Shown one piece after another: positions 50,452-62,760 of a stretch of 64,000 bases of DNA (positions are counted from its first letter, which is position 1; each line of letters starts with the position of its first letter). Below the pieces are notes generated by a model. It ran no database searches, was not told where the DNA came from, and worked only from the letters and a program-made list of their open reading frames with translations. The stretch comes from Mytilus californianus (taxonomy: Eukaryota): positions 113,708,001 to 113,772,000 of the forward strand of contig NW_026262701.1 of assembly GCF_021869535.1 (NCBI RefSeq). The letters run 5' to 3'. Position numbers and translations under genes: made by a program.

Positions 50452-51183
50452 TAAGATATATTGATGATGTACTGATAATCCCGAGATTATCAAACATGCT
50501 GAATGTATTTTTGCTTAAGAAATTAAGCTTAAAATAAAGCTAATGAAAAGGTAATATTGTCCTTTGTTTTACCTTATGGTAATTTGAAAATTTCGGGTCA
50601 AATTAAAGCCCCGTGTGTATTTTGTTCAATAAAACCGTCACTTGCTATTTAAAAAAACAATCGAAATCCGCCGATACGTACACCCTCTCTGACAAATATG
50701 ATTTTAAAAATATTAGATGTTATATGAATAAGTGTTCATGGTGTTGGATAATGGTTGTCATTTATATACGGAAAGATATAAAATACTTGTCATTATTTGA
50801 TTGATACATTGTTGAAGTCATCCTTCAAACTTAGTTTACTTCATTAGTTTGTTCGAACAGCTAAAATTATTCATTTGATGATTGGTAAACATAAGCTAAG
50901 CTGTAGAATAACTTTTTATGCAAGCAGCTGTTATCCTTAAAATCCTTAGATATAGGTAGACGAAACAGCTGTAACAATTACAGTTTGTTTTCCGTTACAC
51001 TTCTTGCTCAAATAGCGAAATATAAATGGGTTTCATTGTGTTCTCCTTTACAATGTTATATGTCTTCTTATCTCATTGACAAAATGAATTGGAATTATAC
51101 GCATTTTTCACCAAAGAACTATTCAACACGGATATCGATGATATACTGGAACACATTTGAACTTATTGTGCATCTTATGAAGT

Positions 51184-52272
51184 TCATGAGTTTTGTTCCA
51201 CAGTTGATATTGCATCATCTTCATCGTCAATATTCCATTCATGTACGAGAACATTCGGCGAGCCGTAGTCGTGACTAGTTATTAACGTGTCCAGTTTTTC
51301 AGGGACATATTTTACTTCAAATCTTTTGTCATGTGTGAGTGTTATGTTCAGAACTTCAGCTACTATTCCGAGGTAGACATCATCAATAAATATTTGTTTC
51401 ACGTGAGGGAAGGTCTTTGTTAATTCTTTTACCACATTCATAGACAGTAACATAGATCCACCACTAACGTATGGAGGCCAATGTTTGTTAGGGTACTCGT
51501 CAGTAGATACGTACCACTTAGAATCTTTCTTTCTACGAACTACAGCATGTTCATACTTAAAACCAATGAACACATCCTCGTTTTCAGATTCAGTAATATT
51601 TTCAATAAGATCTAGAAGAAGTGGTATATTTACATAGTAGTCATCATCTACAAACAGAACAAACTTAGCTTGACTGCAGTCAGACACAGCCCAGTTAAAT
51701 CCCATTATTGTCTTCAGAGTATTGTTTTTATACTCGTCGATGAAGTCCTCTTGGACCATGTCTTCATACAAATCATATTCCATCTTAGTAAATGACGTGA
51801 TAAGCGGTGAATCCCCTAATAAGTACGCTATTTGTATTGAACTGTTTGTAAAATTCCCCCAAGTTGCTCGGATAGCCATGCGATGTCCAATTTGAAAAAC
51901 ATTAGATTTTACTAAAATTAATAAACTTGGGTCAACATGATTACCGGTAGATTTACAAACACGGGATGGTATACGTTTATATCTATATGGATGTGGATTA
52001 ATAATTTCATCAAACAACACTCGGGGTTTTACCGTTGTATTACCTATTGTGGAAGTTTCGGTCGGAACGGTTGTGATATATTTTGTTCTATGGAAGGCCG
52101 TAATGATTAATGGTGGTAATTCTGTTTCAACTGTTGTTTTTGAGATTTCATTTAATGTTGTGACTTCTATTTTGACATGACGAGAAAGAACCATTAGCAT
52201 AAGGCTTGACGTGCTGATCAATAAGATAATTGCTGGTAATGAGCGCAGAATTTTGATTATTTGTCTGTTCAT
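51184..52272 (-). CDS. GT31 beta-1,3-galactosyl/GlcNAc-transferase, brainiac/BRE-5-like, 362 aa
   Basis: TM anchor and Thr-rich stem; motifs LVKS..HRMAIRATWG, YLLG, NNTLKTIMG, FVDDDYYV, KWYVS, WPPYVSGG and FIDDVYLGIVA. Intact. Acceptor ttttcag at 52327-52328 precedes the coding exon. Confidence 0.94.
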   Translation of the reverse strand: MNRQIIKILRSLPAIILLISTSSLMLMVLSRHVKIEVTTLNEISKTTVETELPPLIITAFHRTKYITTVPTETSTIGNTTVKPRVLFDEIINPHPYRYKRIPSRVCKSTGNHVDPSLLILVKSNVFQIGHRMAIRATWGNFTNSSIQIAYLLGDSPLITSFTKMEYDLYEDMVQEDFIDEYKNNTLKTIMGFNWAVSDCSQAKFVLFVDDDYYVNIPLLLDLIENITESENEDVFIGFKYEHAVVRRKKDSKWYVSTDEYPNKHWPPYVSGGSMLLSMNVVKELTKTFPHVKQIFIDDVYLGIVAEVLNITLTHDKRFEVKYVPEKLDTLITSHDYGSPNVLVHEWNIDDEDDAISTVEQNS

Positions 52273-54386
52273 ATTGTACTCTTCTGTAACACGAGTAAAG
52301 ACTAGCTTCGTTTATGTTCATCAATTCTGAAAAAAAGATAAAATATGGCTTCTATAAAGATCATAAAAATAAACTTACACCAAATATTAAATAAAAGTAG
52401 ATAAGGCGATACTACACCAAAGGGACAGCAACCCGATGACAAAAATAACCAAAAGACATAAAGATGGAGGCATCCAGTCTTCAACAATGGACAGGTGTCT
52501 ATACAATATGTCGATGTCTAAATCGTTCCGAGTCTATAAAAGTGTGAGAGAGAGTTTTATTTTCTGGAATATTATTGAATGAGTTCTTTCAAAATAGATT
52601 GGTATAAAAAGCATATAAAATCGGCGGAAAACATTCTTAAAGGTGCCTTAAAATCATGAAATCTCCAAATACCACTATATATTTTTCCTAAAATTTAATA
52701 TGCAGTTGATAAGTAAATTTCCGTTTGATTGATATAAAATAATCATAACATAGAGTCACCGACTTCATCCTTACCCTTGAAGGTCGATAATTGAAAATGC
52801 AAATGGTACATACAAGAATGAGAATAGCACTTAATTATATAATACCGGTATGACAGATACATGTAACAAAAAGACAAGTACAAGCAAAACAATAAGGCAC
52901 AGTGCCGTAACAAGTAATGCTCGCAGTTCCTAAAAGCAAGCTTAAAGTAATTCACCTGCCGATATGAAAACTACATTACAGTTCTTGATGAAGACTTTGT
53001 ATTGATATAGATAAACAATAAGTATGATAATTTTAAAATTATCTGTTTATATTCGAACATAACTGTTCCCGTAACAGTTTAGATAGTATTTACTTAAGTC
53101 AGTGATATACACATTTTTTGTTTATATTTATAATAATCGAATTGCTATTAAAAATCCAATTCTGTAATTAATTGCATTGACACAACTACTGTTGTTGATT
53201 GATTGATTGATAGATGTTTAGTACTGTTTTTAGTTTTACACTATTGTTTGATTATTATCGTTATATTAAGTTGATATCCCAAATGATCTGAGTTTCTTTC
53301 CTGGCACAAGGTGTATTTCAAGCGTAATTCTTTAAACAAAGTTCGATGGAAATTGTTGACATATGACCAAGTCAGCTGCTACCGGTCTCAAGTTGTCAAG
53401 CTGTTTAACAGAATTTCTTGTCAATACTAATCCTTAATTCAAGTACATTTAGTGTTTTTTCAAGGATCATAAATGCAATATTTTATAAATATGTGCGGTT
53501 TAATCATTTTTCTATCAAGTTTTTATTTTAGGGCACAAGTAGAAATATCAAATAAATATTGTTTTGCAAGTAATGAACCATTTGTTATGAATCTGAAAGA
53601 ATTTTGGTTAATTTGGACTGCAGCAGAAAAAAAATATTATTACACTAGCAAATAGGATAGTAAGACTATCTATTCAATGCATTAAAAATATTGCTTTGAA
53701 ATATTGAAACTAAAATCGTCAAGTTTGGGTTCATCTTTCAACAGAGTTAATTATAGGTCTTTTATTGAAGGTTTATAATAAAAAATTCCGTAAACTCTTT
53801 AATTTGATTTTAATGGATGTGACCTATAACACCGAATTGTTCAGCACGTTTATAGGTAACTTTAAAATTTTGAGAGTTGCAAACTAACGCAAAACCTGCT
53901 ATATAACGTACTTATCTAAATCGGGCCTATAATCTATGATAATAAATACATATGTTGCCAACTATAAGGTGATTGTAAGGAGTGTGTGAATAGAGGTTAC
54001 GTGTTGCTTTACAAATTCTTTAATATGTTGCAATACAACTAACTGTTGTTATATTGACATAGTTCTTAACCGAATAGCAAAGTAAACTCGCTTATCTAAT
54101 ATATTTCCTGATTACACGATGGAAAGAGGTTCATCTTTTAAAATCATTGATTATTTCGATATCTGACATATTTTTCGAAGAGAAACTAAAACGAATTTCA
54201 ACTGTGTTAGCTCTTCTGTTTAGATGTCGATGCTCATAACCGCTTAATGTATTTCCTTCCAAATTTTGGCTGAAAAAAGTTATATGCGAACAAACGAAGG
54301 TCGCTTGCAAAGTCATTTTTGAATTGTATCATTTTGATTTTTGTTATATCTTTATGTTAAGTTTCTATTTATCTTACTTAATGAAA

Positions 54387-54667
54387 AGGTAGGATATTCC
54401 AAACAAAATCAAGGTACCTGCCCATTGCACCTTTAAACATGTTAAATAAAGTTTAATTGTATTTTTTTTTATAAATATGTTCTTTATGTATTTCCATAAA
54501 CATAAATAAAACCTTTATGTGTTTGAAACACCTTTCTAGGTATAACGGTCCATTATTCATGTTTATGGAAATACATGAAGAACATATTTATAAAACAAAA
54601 GTACAATTAAACTTTATTTAAAGATGCAATGGGCAGGTATCTTGATTTTGTTTGGAATATCCTACCT
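54387..54667. repeat. Fold-back inverted duplication (~110-bp arms), copy-B-specific
   Basis: Arm 54387-54503 is the reverse complement of 54559-54667 with one 9-nt indel. The spacer is an inverted copy of sequence found in plus orientation in A near 17207-17240. Confidence 0.85.
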
Positions 54668-55470
54668 TTTCATTAAGGAAGATAAATAATCAATTTTTGC
54701 AATGGTCAAGCTTCTAGTAGTTTATAGACCTTTAATGCAGTATTTATTATTTAGTAAATGTTCAGAAAAACTTAAGGCTGTCAGAATTTAACTGAAATGA
54801 AAAATAGATTCAAGGAATGTGTTTTGGACACGAATTTGTCGATAGAATAGATGTATGTAGTATAACAGGAAATAAGTTCAAAATCAGGAGTCTGTCTCGT
54901 TTATTTTTTTTGTCATAATATTTAAGGCTGCTAATTTTTCCGTTTGAATTGTTTCATATTTCGTCACGTGGGGGTCTTTAACAGCTGACCTTACGGTATG
55001 AGTTTAACTTATTGTTGCAGGCCGTATGGTGGCAAATAGTGTCGCTTAAATCCACGTCATTTGATCTTTGGTGGATAGTTATTTCTGAATCATTGGCAAT
55101 CATATCACATCACCTTATTTTATATTTATACTTTCATTTTAAAGTAACTGTAAATTCGGTGGTTTTGATCGAAGTCGTGAAATGTGTAACTGATAGGACA
55201 CTTCAACAAATGATTTACGACAAAAGATGAAACTTCTGGGACCTTATTCACAAATCATCTATTAACTAACGAACCCATTAATATCTCTGTTTAGTGTCCG
55301 TTGATTTTTAGGTTCGACAGAATCATTATATACATTTTATTTACTTTTCATGTTTTGGATGATTTAAAAAAAAGGAAGCTTTTGACTAAGATATATATAT
55401 ATCAACAATATTGTTTATAATATAACTAGAGAAGTTAAGTAGTGGTCCATATAATAATCATGCAAAATTC

Positions 55471-56054
55471 AAAGGAGTAGGTCCGGTAAGGGCCGATTTT
55501 GGCCTAAAAATTCAGATTCATCTGATGAAAGATTTTGGACACTTTTTAAACACTTAAGTGTCTACTTCAGTCGATTCAATTAGTTTATGTGAAAGATTTG
55601 AACTGATTTAGTCATTAAAGACGCTCAAATGCAAGCTTAAATATGAAAAATCTATCAAATATGCCATAATATGTCACTTTTCGGATGGTTTTTGTCAAAA
55701 ATGAAAGTGGCCGCATCCGTGTTCATTCTCAACCTTTATATATGTTATGTATTATCATCAAATACAACTTACATTTAAATATTAAGAATGAACACAAATG
55801 CGGCCACTTCCATTTTAGAATGAAACCGTCTAAAAATTAAACAAAATGCTAAAATTTCGAAGATTTCAGTAATTTAACATGACTTAATTATGCTAGTACC
55901 CGATACATGTGCATTGTATTGTCAAAAACAGCCCATATTTATGTAACAGAAGTATTCCCCTTTCCAATTAAAAGCTAAAAATTTACAATTTAAAAATTTT
56001 GTTAAACTGCTATATTTTGGGGTCAAAAAGGGGTCTTACTGGGCCTACTCCTTT
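55471..56054. mobile_element. 584-bp MITE (Kolobok-like), copy-B-specific
   Basis: TIRs aaaggagtaggtccggtaag / cttactgggcctactccttt; empty site in A near 18185. Confidence 0.85.
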
Positions 56055-56807
56055 AGTGATACACTTCATGAAAGGCTACACAATTACTGTTGTGGCAAAC
56101 TGTTGCATTATGGGTGTCGATGAAGGAAAGTGAGTAATACTTTCGTTTACTTCATTACATGACAGATAATTAGCATACATTTTACATTATTATTTATAGG
56201 ATAATATTATTGGATTTATCTCCCTCAACATGAGTTTTATAATGTTTTCTATAGAATTACATGTCTCATCTGGGTCCATATATAATTTTTAATGAATTTT
56301 AACATCCTTTCATATCCTAAAGAAAATATCAAAAACGTTTATTTGAAGTCTTTCCACTCATGAATCATTTTGCATGGCTTTTATATGGACCAGTACTTAA
56401 ATATTTCAACTTATTCAGTATATTGACAACAAAATCTTTATTTGCATTATATTTGACAGATTTTCGCTTTCCTGTTTTTCTGAGATTTCCTGATAAAAAA
56501 ATCTTAGTGTTTTACTGAAGATAGTTATTTCTGGCTATGAAACTTTCCGAAAACAATCATGTGTGTTAAGTTTTAAATTAAATTTTAAATGTTACATTTG
56601 AACAATTTTCCGGTTTCCTAGTTACTGAGGTTTTATGATAAAATCTTAGTTTTTGCCACAATATACTAATTTCTTGTCATTAAATTTTGTCAGTTTTATG
56701 TCCTCATACGATATGCTTTATCAATAACAAGAATACTAAAATTGTCCAATTTTTCATAGATTTTTTATTAAAAAGAGATGAATTTAATCCAAACTAATAT
56801 TGTTACC

Positions 56808-57231
56808 TATTCTGACATCGGACTCGGACTTCTTGTAAACTGAGTTTCACTGTGCGTATTGCTATGTCTTTCTTTATTCTACATTGGCTAGAGGTATAGG
56901 GGGAGGGTTGAGATCTCACAAAACATGTTTAACCCCGCCGCATTTTTGCGCCTGTCCCAAGTCAGGAGCCTCTGTCCTTTGTTAGTCTTGTATGTTTTTT
57001 TTTTTTTTTTTTTTTTTTATTTTAGTTCCTTTATATGTTTTGGAGTTAAGTGTGACGTCCATTTTCACTGAACCAGTACACAATTTTATTTAGGGGCCAG
57101 CTGAGGACCACCTCCGGGTGCGGGATTTTCTCGCTGAGTTGAAGACCCATTGGTGGCCTTCGGCTGTTATCTGCTCTTTGGTCGGGTTGTTGTCTCTTTG
57201 ACATATTCCCCATTTCCATTCTCAATTTTAT
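56808..57231 (-). repeat. Dispersed repeat (aaaattgagaatggaaatggg family), copy-B-specific
   Basis: Reverse complement of ~25400-25810; absent in A near 18840. Confidence 0.8.
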
Positions 57232-57461
57232 AAAATAGTATTTCCATAACGATTAACTTAGTAGACTATTAATATATAAATATGATGATATCGTGAAGTT
57301 TCAATATTGTTCATGTTTACGCCTTTTATGCATCGATTACCTGGACTTTAAGCCACCAGCCACTGATTTAAAATAAATGTTTTCGCAGTGAAAAATATGA
57401 AAGCAAAATAGTTTAACAAATAAACTGTTGACACAGAGATAAGCTTTGTGTTATTTTGTTA

Positions 57462-57778
57462 TGAAAGTTCACACGTACATTTGATTCGAATTGAATTCGA
57501 ATCGAATGCGAATCGAATTCGCTAATCGCGTTCACACACTCTTCTTTTTTAATTCGAATTGATTCGAATTGGCTAAATCGCATTATCCAATTCGCATTAG
57601 AAATGCGTTTTTGTTAATACGAATTAAAAGTTAACGTCGTTAGGACAGTAAAGCGAATTTGACGTGCATTGCAATTCGCATTAGAATTTACGTTTGGACG
57701 TTAAACGTTTCGAATGCGAATTAAACGAATTCGAATTAGTTAATGCGAATCGAATTCGAATTACGTGTGAACGCAGCA
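57462..57778. mobile_element. MITE with gttcacacgta TIR core (Harbinger-like), rich in TTCGAA
   Basis: ta|tgaaagttcacacgta ... tacgtgtgaacgcagca|ta; absent in A near 19070. Confidence 0.7.
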
Positions 57779-57858
57779 TAAATATCTTCCCGAAATGGCT
57801 CCACTCGTTAATCTGATCTTACCATTTACCTTTAATTGACAAACGTTAACACATTATT

Positions 57859-57925
57859 GACGCCGACGCCGAAAACAGCATGCTATAAAGCCTCGCTTCC
57901 AATACTTATTAGAAGCGAGATAAAA
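57859..57925 (-). mobile_element. HINE 5' end fragment
   Basis: Stem ctcgcttc/gaagcgag next to an A-run and a (gacgcc) microsatellite. Confidence 0.45.
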
Positions 57926-58672
57926 ACGATTACTCCATGTTAGATTTTGCCATTTAATAAAAAATATCATAAGATATTGCGCATATAACGAAATGTTATG
58001 TCCAAATAAGGTCTGTTTTGACTAGAAAGACTTTAATTAGGAAGTGTGCATCTTTGCTGCTTTATCATTCTCGCGTTATTTTTTTTGTGAAATTTTGTTC
58101 TTAAACTTCTCTGGTTTCGTTTCATACATATACAGAAAATTGGTGTGTTCCTGGATTAACATTATTCACAAATTTTACAAAACACTCTTTAGTCCTACTA
58201 TACTCATTGTTTGCCATTTTGTTTTATAGTGAAATTATTGCATTTTATTATAACGCAGATATCATTATCCCCGCGCTAAATGAAGCGGCGGAGATAATCG
58301 AAAATACTTTGCTATTCCTCGCTCGACGTCATCGCCCATGAATCTGTCCTTAGGACAAATATCAAAATTCCGAAACCTACGGCTCAATATACACGACAGT
58401 GCTTACATCATGTACATTGTGCCACGTATGAAATTGATTGCTTAAATTATCCTGCATGCAATTACAAGAAATCACCCCCCTTATTGATCTCATTTATCTT
58501 ACTAGGAGCAGACCATATTTCGCTCTTACTCTTAAAAATGTCCCCGGTTTGGGTAAACGAAGCAATTACAACATTTATAGGTTTTCGATTGACTTGACCA
58601 AGAATCGAATATCGAAATGCCGCACTTATAGTGTGCATGCTACAATTGCAGGAGGTCAATCAATTAAATGAT

Positions 58673-58810
58673 AATAGAAAAACAAAGGATGTAGGGTAAC
58701 CATCCATGACACGCAATCAGTACATGCACAGGTAAAACAAAAACACACAAAAAGCATAGGAACAGCGCTTTTATTGCTGTTCTTCATCTCATAGTCACAG
58801 CGAAGCCTCA
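58673..58810. repeat. ~135-bp block repeated at 63785-63920
   Basis: Shared tccatgac, tcagtacatgcacag, aaacacacaaaaagca, ggaacagcgctttta.tgctgttctt and agtcacag. Confidence 0.8.
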
Positions 58811-60221
58811 CTGCAAGTTTATGACGGCCCCTATTCAAAATCGGCAAAGTAGAAATGGATCTGTCATGAAAGCTAAACTTTCGGAGTTGTTTGAAGTAAG
58901 TTGTTTATCTTATTTCTTAAATTTACAGGAAAGAATGAAAAAGTGTTCAAAGAAATTTTGACACAGTGTTTAAAGCCTGTCAAAGATTAGAAACATTCAC
59001 AGAATATTTGATTCGTTTTTATTCTTAACATGTTCATTTCATTGATATGTAGCTGTTGTTTAGTCTTTAATAACCTGGCTGAACATTGATTGATTGCAGT
59101 TTTTATTTCACAAACGTTACAGTTATTTCTATTTTTTTTTTTTTTTTCAAAAATAAAGACACATGTTGAATTGAATATTCATATAAAAAACCCTTATGTT
59201 CAAACGACAGCACTGCATCCTTAATGATCAGGTGCCCATCATTACCACTGTTTACTAAATCTTTCTTTTTTTTTTTCTTTTTTCTTTTATTCCTTTTTTT
59301 TTTTCATTGTATTTATTTATTAACTATTATCTATTAGTTGAGAAACGAATTAGAAACAAATATTTATACATACTTAACTGAAAAAGGAAATGCTTAAATC
59401 CGTACACGTTTTACTGAAACAGATAAAGATATAACCATTGATTGTGTATGATTGTAAGATCAAAACTTCCAAATACGATAAAATTATGGCGAAGCCACCG
59501 ATCCCGCTTAAATATCTAATATTTCGCAATTATTTTATCCTAGTAACATGATTGTTCAGGACGTTGATAATGAAATTCTTTAGTCTCCGTCAGTTTATCT
59601 TATTTACATATGATTCGACAGGAGTGTTAACCATATTTATGAGGGGTTTTAATCAAATTAATTGTATGCTGAATTTTGAAACTTACATTGCACAATATTA
59701 CGCGATAATGACTATCTGAAGTATTAAGATACACCATCCTAATGTCAGAAGTTGACGAATAACTCGTCGTATTTCAAACTTACTGTGCATTAATACAAGA
59801 CTGTCTATACAAGCTTGATATCAGTAATACAGGAAATAAATAAAGGTTAATTTACTGTTTCCTCAATACCTAACTATATAAAAGTCATTGACATTTAACT
59901 GTCTTATCACATTCTATTCGTTACCAACAAGGATATGTAAGATTTTTCAAACATTAAATTTTAACCCAAATATTTAATCTTCGCTTTATCATATCTATCG
60001 ATGATAATGAACTTGACAATACTTTGATCAGCACATTTTTAATTTGAGTATTTTCTAGATGTGATTGATATTGGAAGTTAAATTCAAATAAGTATAGTGC
60101 CTGTTCCAACATACTGAGTACTCCTTTACAAGCAAGAGTCACGTGACCAGCACCATATTAAGTTACTAGGGGTCTATCTAAAAGTATTTTATAAACCTTT
60201 TATCTCTCTTCTTGTGTTGTT

Positions 60222-60440
60222 TGTTGGTGTTAAGCACCACTTTCAACTACCTAAGCTATATAATGGCGGCAAGTTGTTATTGGTGGAGGAAGCCTGAGTA
60301 ATCGGAGATAACTACTGACCTCCGGCAGGACAATTTAAAATCCTTATCGCTAGCGATTGGAATTGAAATCATCTTGACACGAGCGGATTTCGAACTAATT
60401 ACTGAAGATGAACTATTTGAACCATTCGGCCATCGAGAAA
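60222..60440 (-). mobile_element. V-type SINE, diverged
   Basis: Contains tattggtggaggaagcctgagtaatcggag, the reverse complement of the V core. Confidence 0.6.
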
Positions 60441-60547
60441 GTTATAATGAAACTAATATAACAAAAAGAATCTAAAAATACTATTAATTGTTGTCTATTT
60501 CGTGGTAAATATAGCTTGGAAAAGGAGAACAAATTTTCATTACAATT

Positions 60548-61505
60548 GCAATTGCAAGCAATAGCGGATGTCACCCACCCCTATTGCCTGAGTTACCGCA
60601 GCCATTTTGAGAATACCAAAGTCAAATGGCAGATATGTATATGCCAGTTAACATTTCTGTAAAGTTTCGGTAAGTTTGGACCAATTTGAAATTTTACACA
60701 TTTTGCTGTTTCCATGGCAACGGCAGCCTTTTTGGAAATTCCAAAGTCAAAAGTCTCATCCATACTTGTCAGTTAACATTTATATAAAGTTTCGTTAAGT
60801 TTGGAGCATTTTGAAATTTTGAACATTTTTGCTGTTTCCATGGTAACGTTAACCACTTCCAAAATTGTAATGACATATACCGCATTGGTACATGAGAGAG
60901 AACATAATATCAAAGTATCACTGGGATTGACCTACCATTTTATGAGAGGAAATGCTACATCAAGGTTTTTACAGCATTTTGACCTTTTTTGCATTGTTTC
61001 CATGGTAACGGCAGTCATATTGGAAATTCCAAAGCCTAATGCCACATCTACACATGCCAGTTAACTAAACATTACTGTTAAATTTTATTAAGTTTGGAGC
61101 ATCTTGAAATTTTTGACATTTTTGCTGAAGTTTCCATGGCAACATAGTAGTTCCAGTGATTGTCAAAATCATCCAAAACCTGTATATAGTGGACAATTAC
61201 ATTGTATCAAAATTTGATGATTTTAAGTTCAAGCATACTCAAATAATTTATCAAACCCCCCAAAAAAATTTTTTTCACATTTTTTCGGTTTCCATGGTAA
61301 CATCAGCCATTTTTTGTTCCAAATTTGCACTGCAACTCTAAAGTTGGGGTTCCTTAATTGTTATTGTGAAGAATCATTTAGGTTGGTTCAATTGGCTCTG
61401 AAAACACTTCCGGACAAAAATAGGTGGAAATATAATAATAATACGGAAAAAGAAACAGAGGAAAAGCAATATGTCACCCGATATTGTCGATCGGGTGACA
61501 TAATT
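60548..61505 (-). mobile_element. HINE with complete terminal architecture
   Basis: 13-bp perfect stem tatgtcacccgat/atcgggtgacata (61470-61502), matching subTIR atgtcaccc at 60568-60576, small terminal stem attgc-aa-gcaat and gtttccatgg(c/t)aac tandem subrepeats. Confidence 0.78.
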
Positions 61506-62665
61506 ACAATGTATATTATACTTAAGTTCTAGCAAGTGGACCGAAGGGGATAAGGCCGGAACATTTAGACTACAAATGTAACTGTAGGTATTTTGGATAA
61601 GGACACCAATTTCCTCTTGCAACGGGCAACCTATGGACATATGGATGAGTTGTTGCAATATATAAATGGGTTCTTAAACGCGAAGAGAGGGCAGACGTCA
61701 TTTTTGCGTCATTTCGACTGGATGCGACTGAATACTAATGCATCCGGCAAAGTTATATACGAACACCCCTCTTTAGCATAAGCTTCACTGTCAGATTGAA
61801 GAATACCACGTGACCATATTTTTAAAACAAAGTCCTTTGTTTGATTCAATTTTTTCCAACTTTGTCACATAAGGGGAGGCAACTCAAATGTAAGGGCAGA
61901 TAAATCAGATAAAGTTACTTTTACTATAGAATGTGTTAGGAATTTACCTGTTTTATTATGTAGCAAGAAAACGGGTCCCGTGACCCCATTTTTTTCTTTT
62001 TCTTATCTGAGAGCATAATATTAGAGCTATCTTCTCATATTTTATATAAAAATTCTATGGTGTAGTTTTCGTTTTATGGCAGAAAATTGGGTTTTGCATG
62101 CATAATCTATACAAAAATCTGTCAATTTTGCACAACCTGAAGCGTGGAAATAAGCCCCGTGACCCATTCTTTTTATTATTTTTTTTAAAAAAGCATGAAA
62201 TAAACTACATTTTGGAAAATTATAAAAAAAATTCTATGGATTATAATTTAGACACCCCATCTACCTTAAACAACCTTGGCTTTAACCCAATTTACATTGA
62301 GCGTTCCTGGTGAAAGTTAATCCAGAAAAGCGTTTCGGACGCATGAAATTTATAACGTTTTGTTTTCATTTTATTTTATTTTTTTTATAGTTTTATGAAT
62401 TCTTGTTTTCAGATGTATAAACTGGAAAGAATGGTAGTTTACCTGTGTTCAGATCTCGTTAATCCATCGACGGGATAAGAGTCTCCTGCTATGCATGTTT
62501 CAGCAACAATGCCATTCAACAATTAATCAAAATATCACAATCGAAAACAATAACAGATCCGATGGTTATTGTTTTATCTGAAGATCTGAGATTACAAAAA
62601 CATGCCGCTAGTGAGTTGAACTACTGAGACATTGGCCAACGAGGTCCAGTACAAACGTAGATGTG

Positions 62666-62760
62666 GTGTATTAAATATGTCTCTTTCTAGTGTATTAAAT
62701 ATGTCTCTTTCTAGTGTATCAAATATGTCTCTTTCTAGTGTATCAAATATGTACTCTTTA
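62666..62760. repeat. 24-bp tandem repeat x~4 (gtgtattaaatatgtctctttcta)
   Basis: Read directly. Confidence 0.9.

Larger units (their letters stand above)
40933..57850. repeat. Segmental duplication copy B, carrying the intact caspase and GT31 genes
   Basis: Colinear with 458-19170. Left boundary falls inside the V-type SINE. Confidence 0.92.

Noticed and set aside
7469-52272. Caspase and GT31 as a functionally coupled, operon-like system
   Set aside because: They are convergent, separately transcribed eukaryotic genes. The only link is co-duplication, and the third GT has no caspase neighbour. Kept only as a hypothesis.
57462-57778. Heat-shock element cluster (many TTCGAA/GAATTC)
   Set aside because: HSEs need nGAAn units with 2-nt spacing (GAAnnTTC). 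Here the spacing is zero and the segment is a TIR element.
58825-58960. Small two-exon gene (gaa|gtaagt...ttacag|gaa)
   Set aside because: The apparent intron is only 33 nt and the joined frame stops after 10 more codons.
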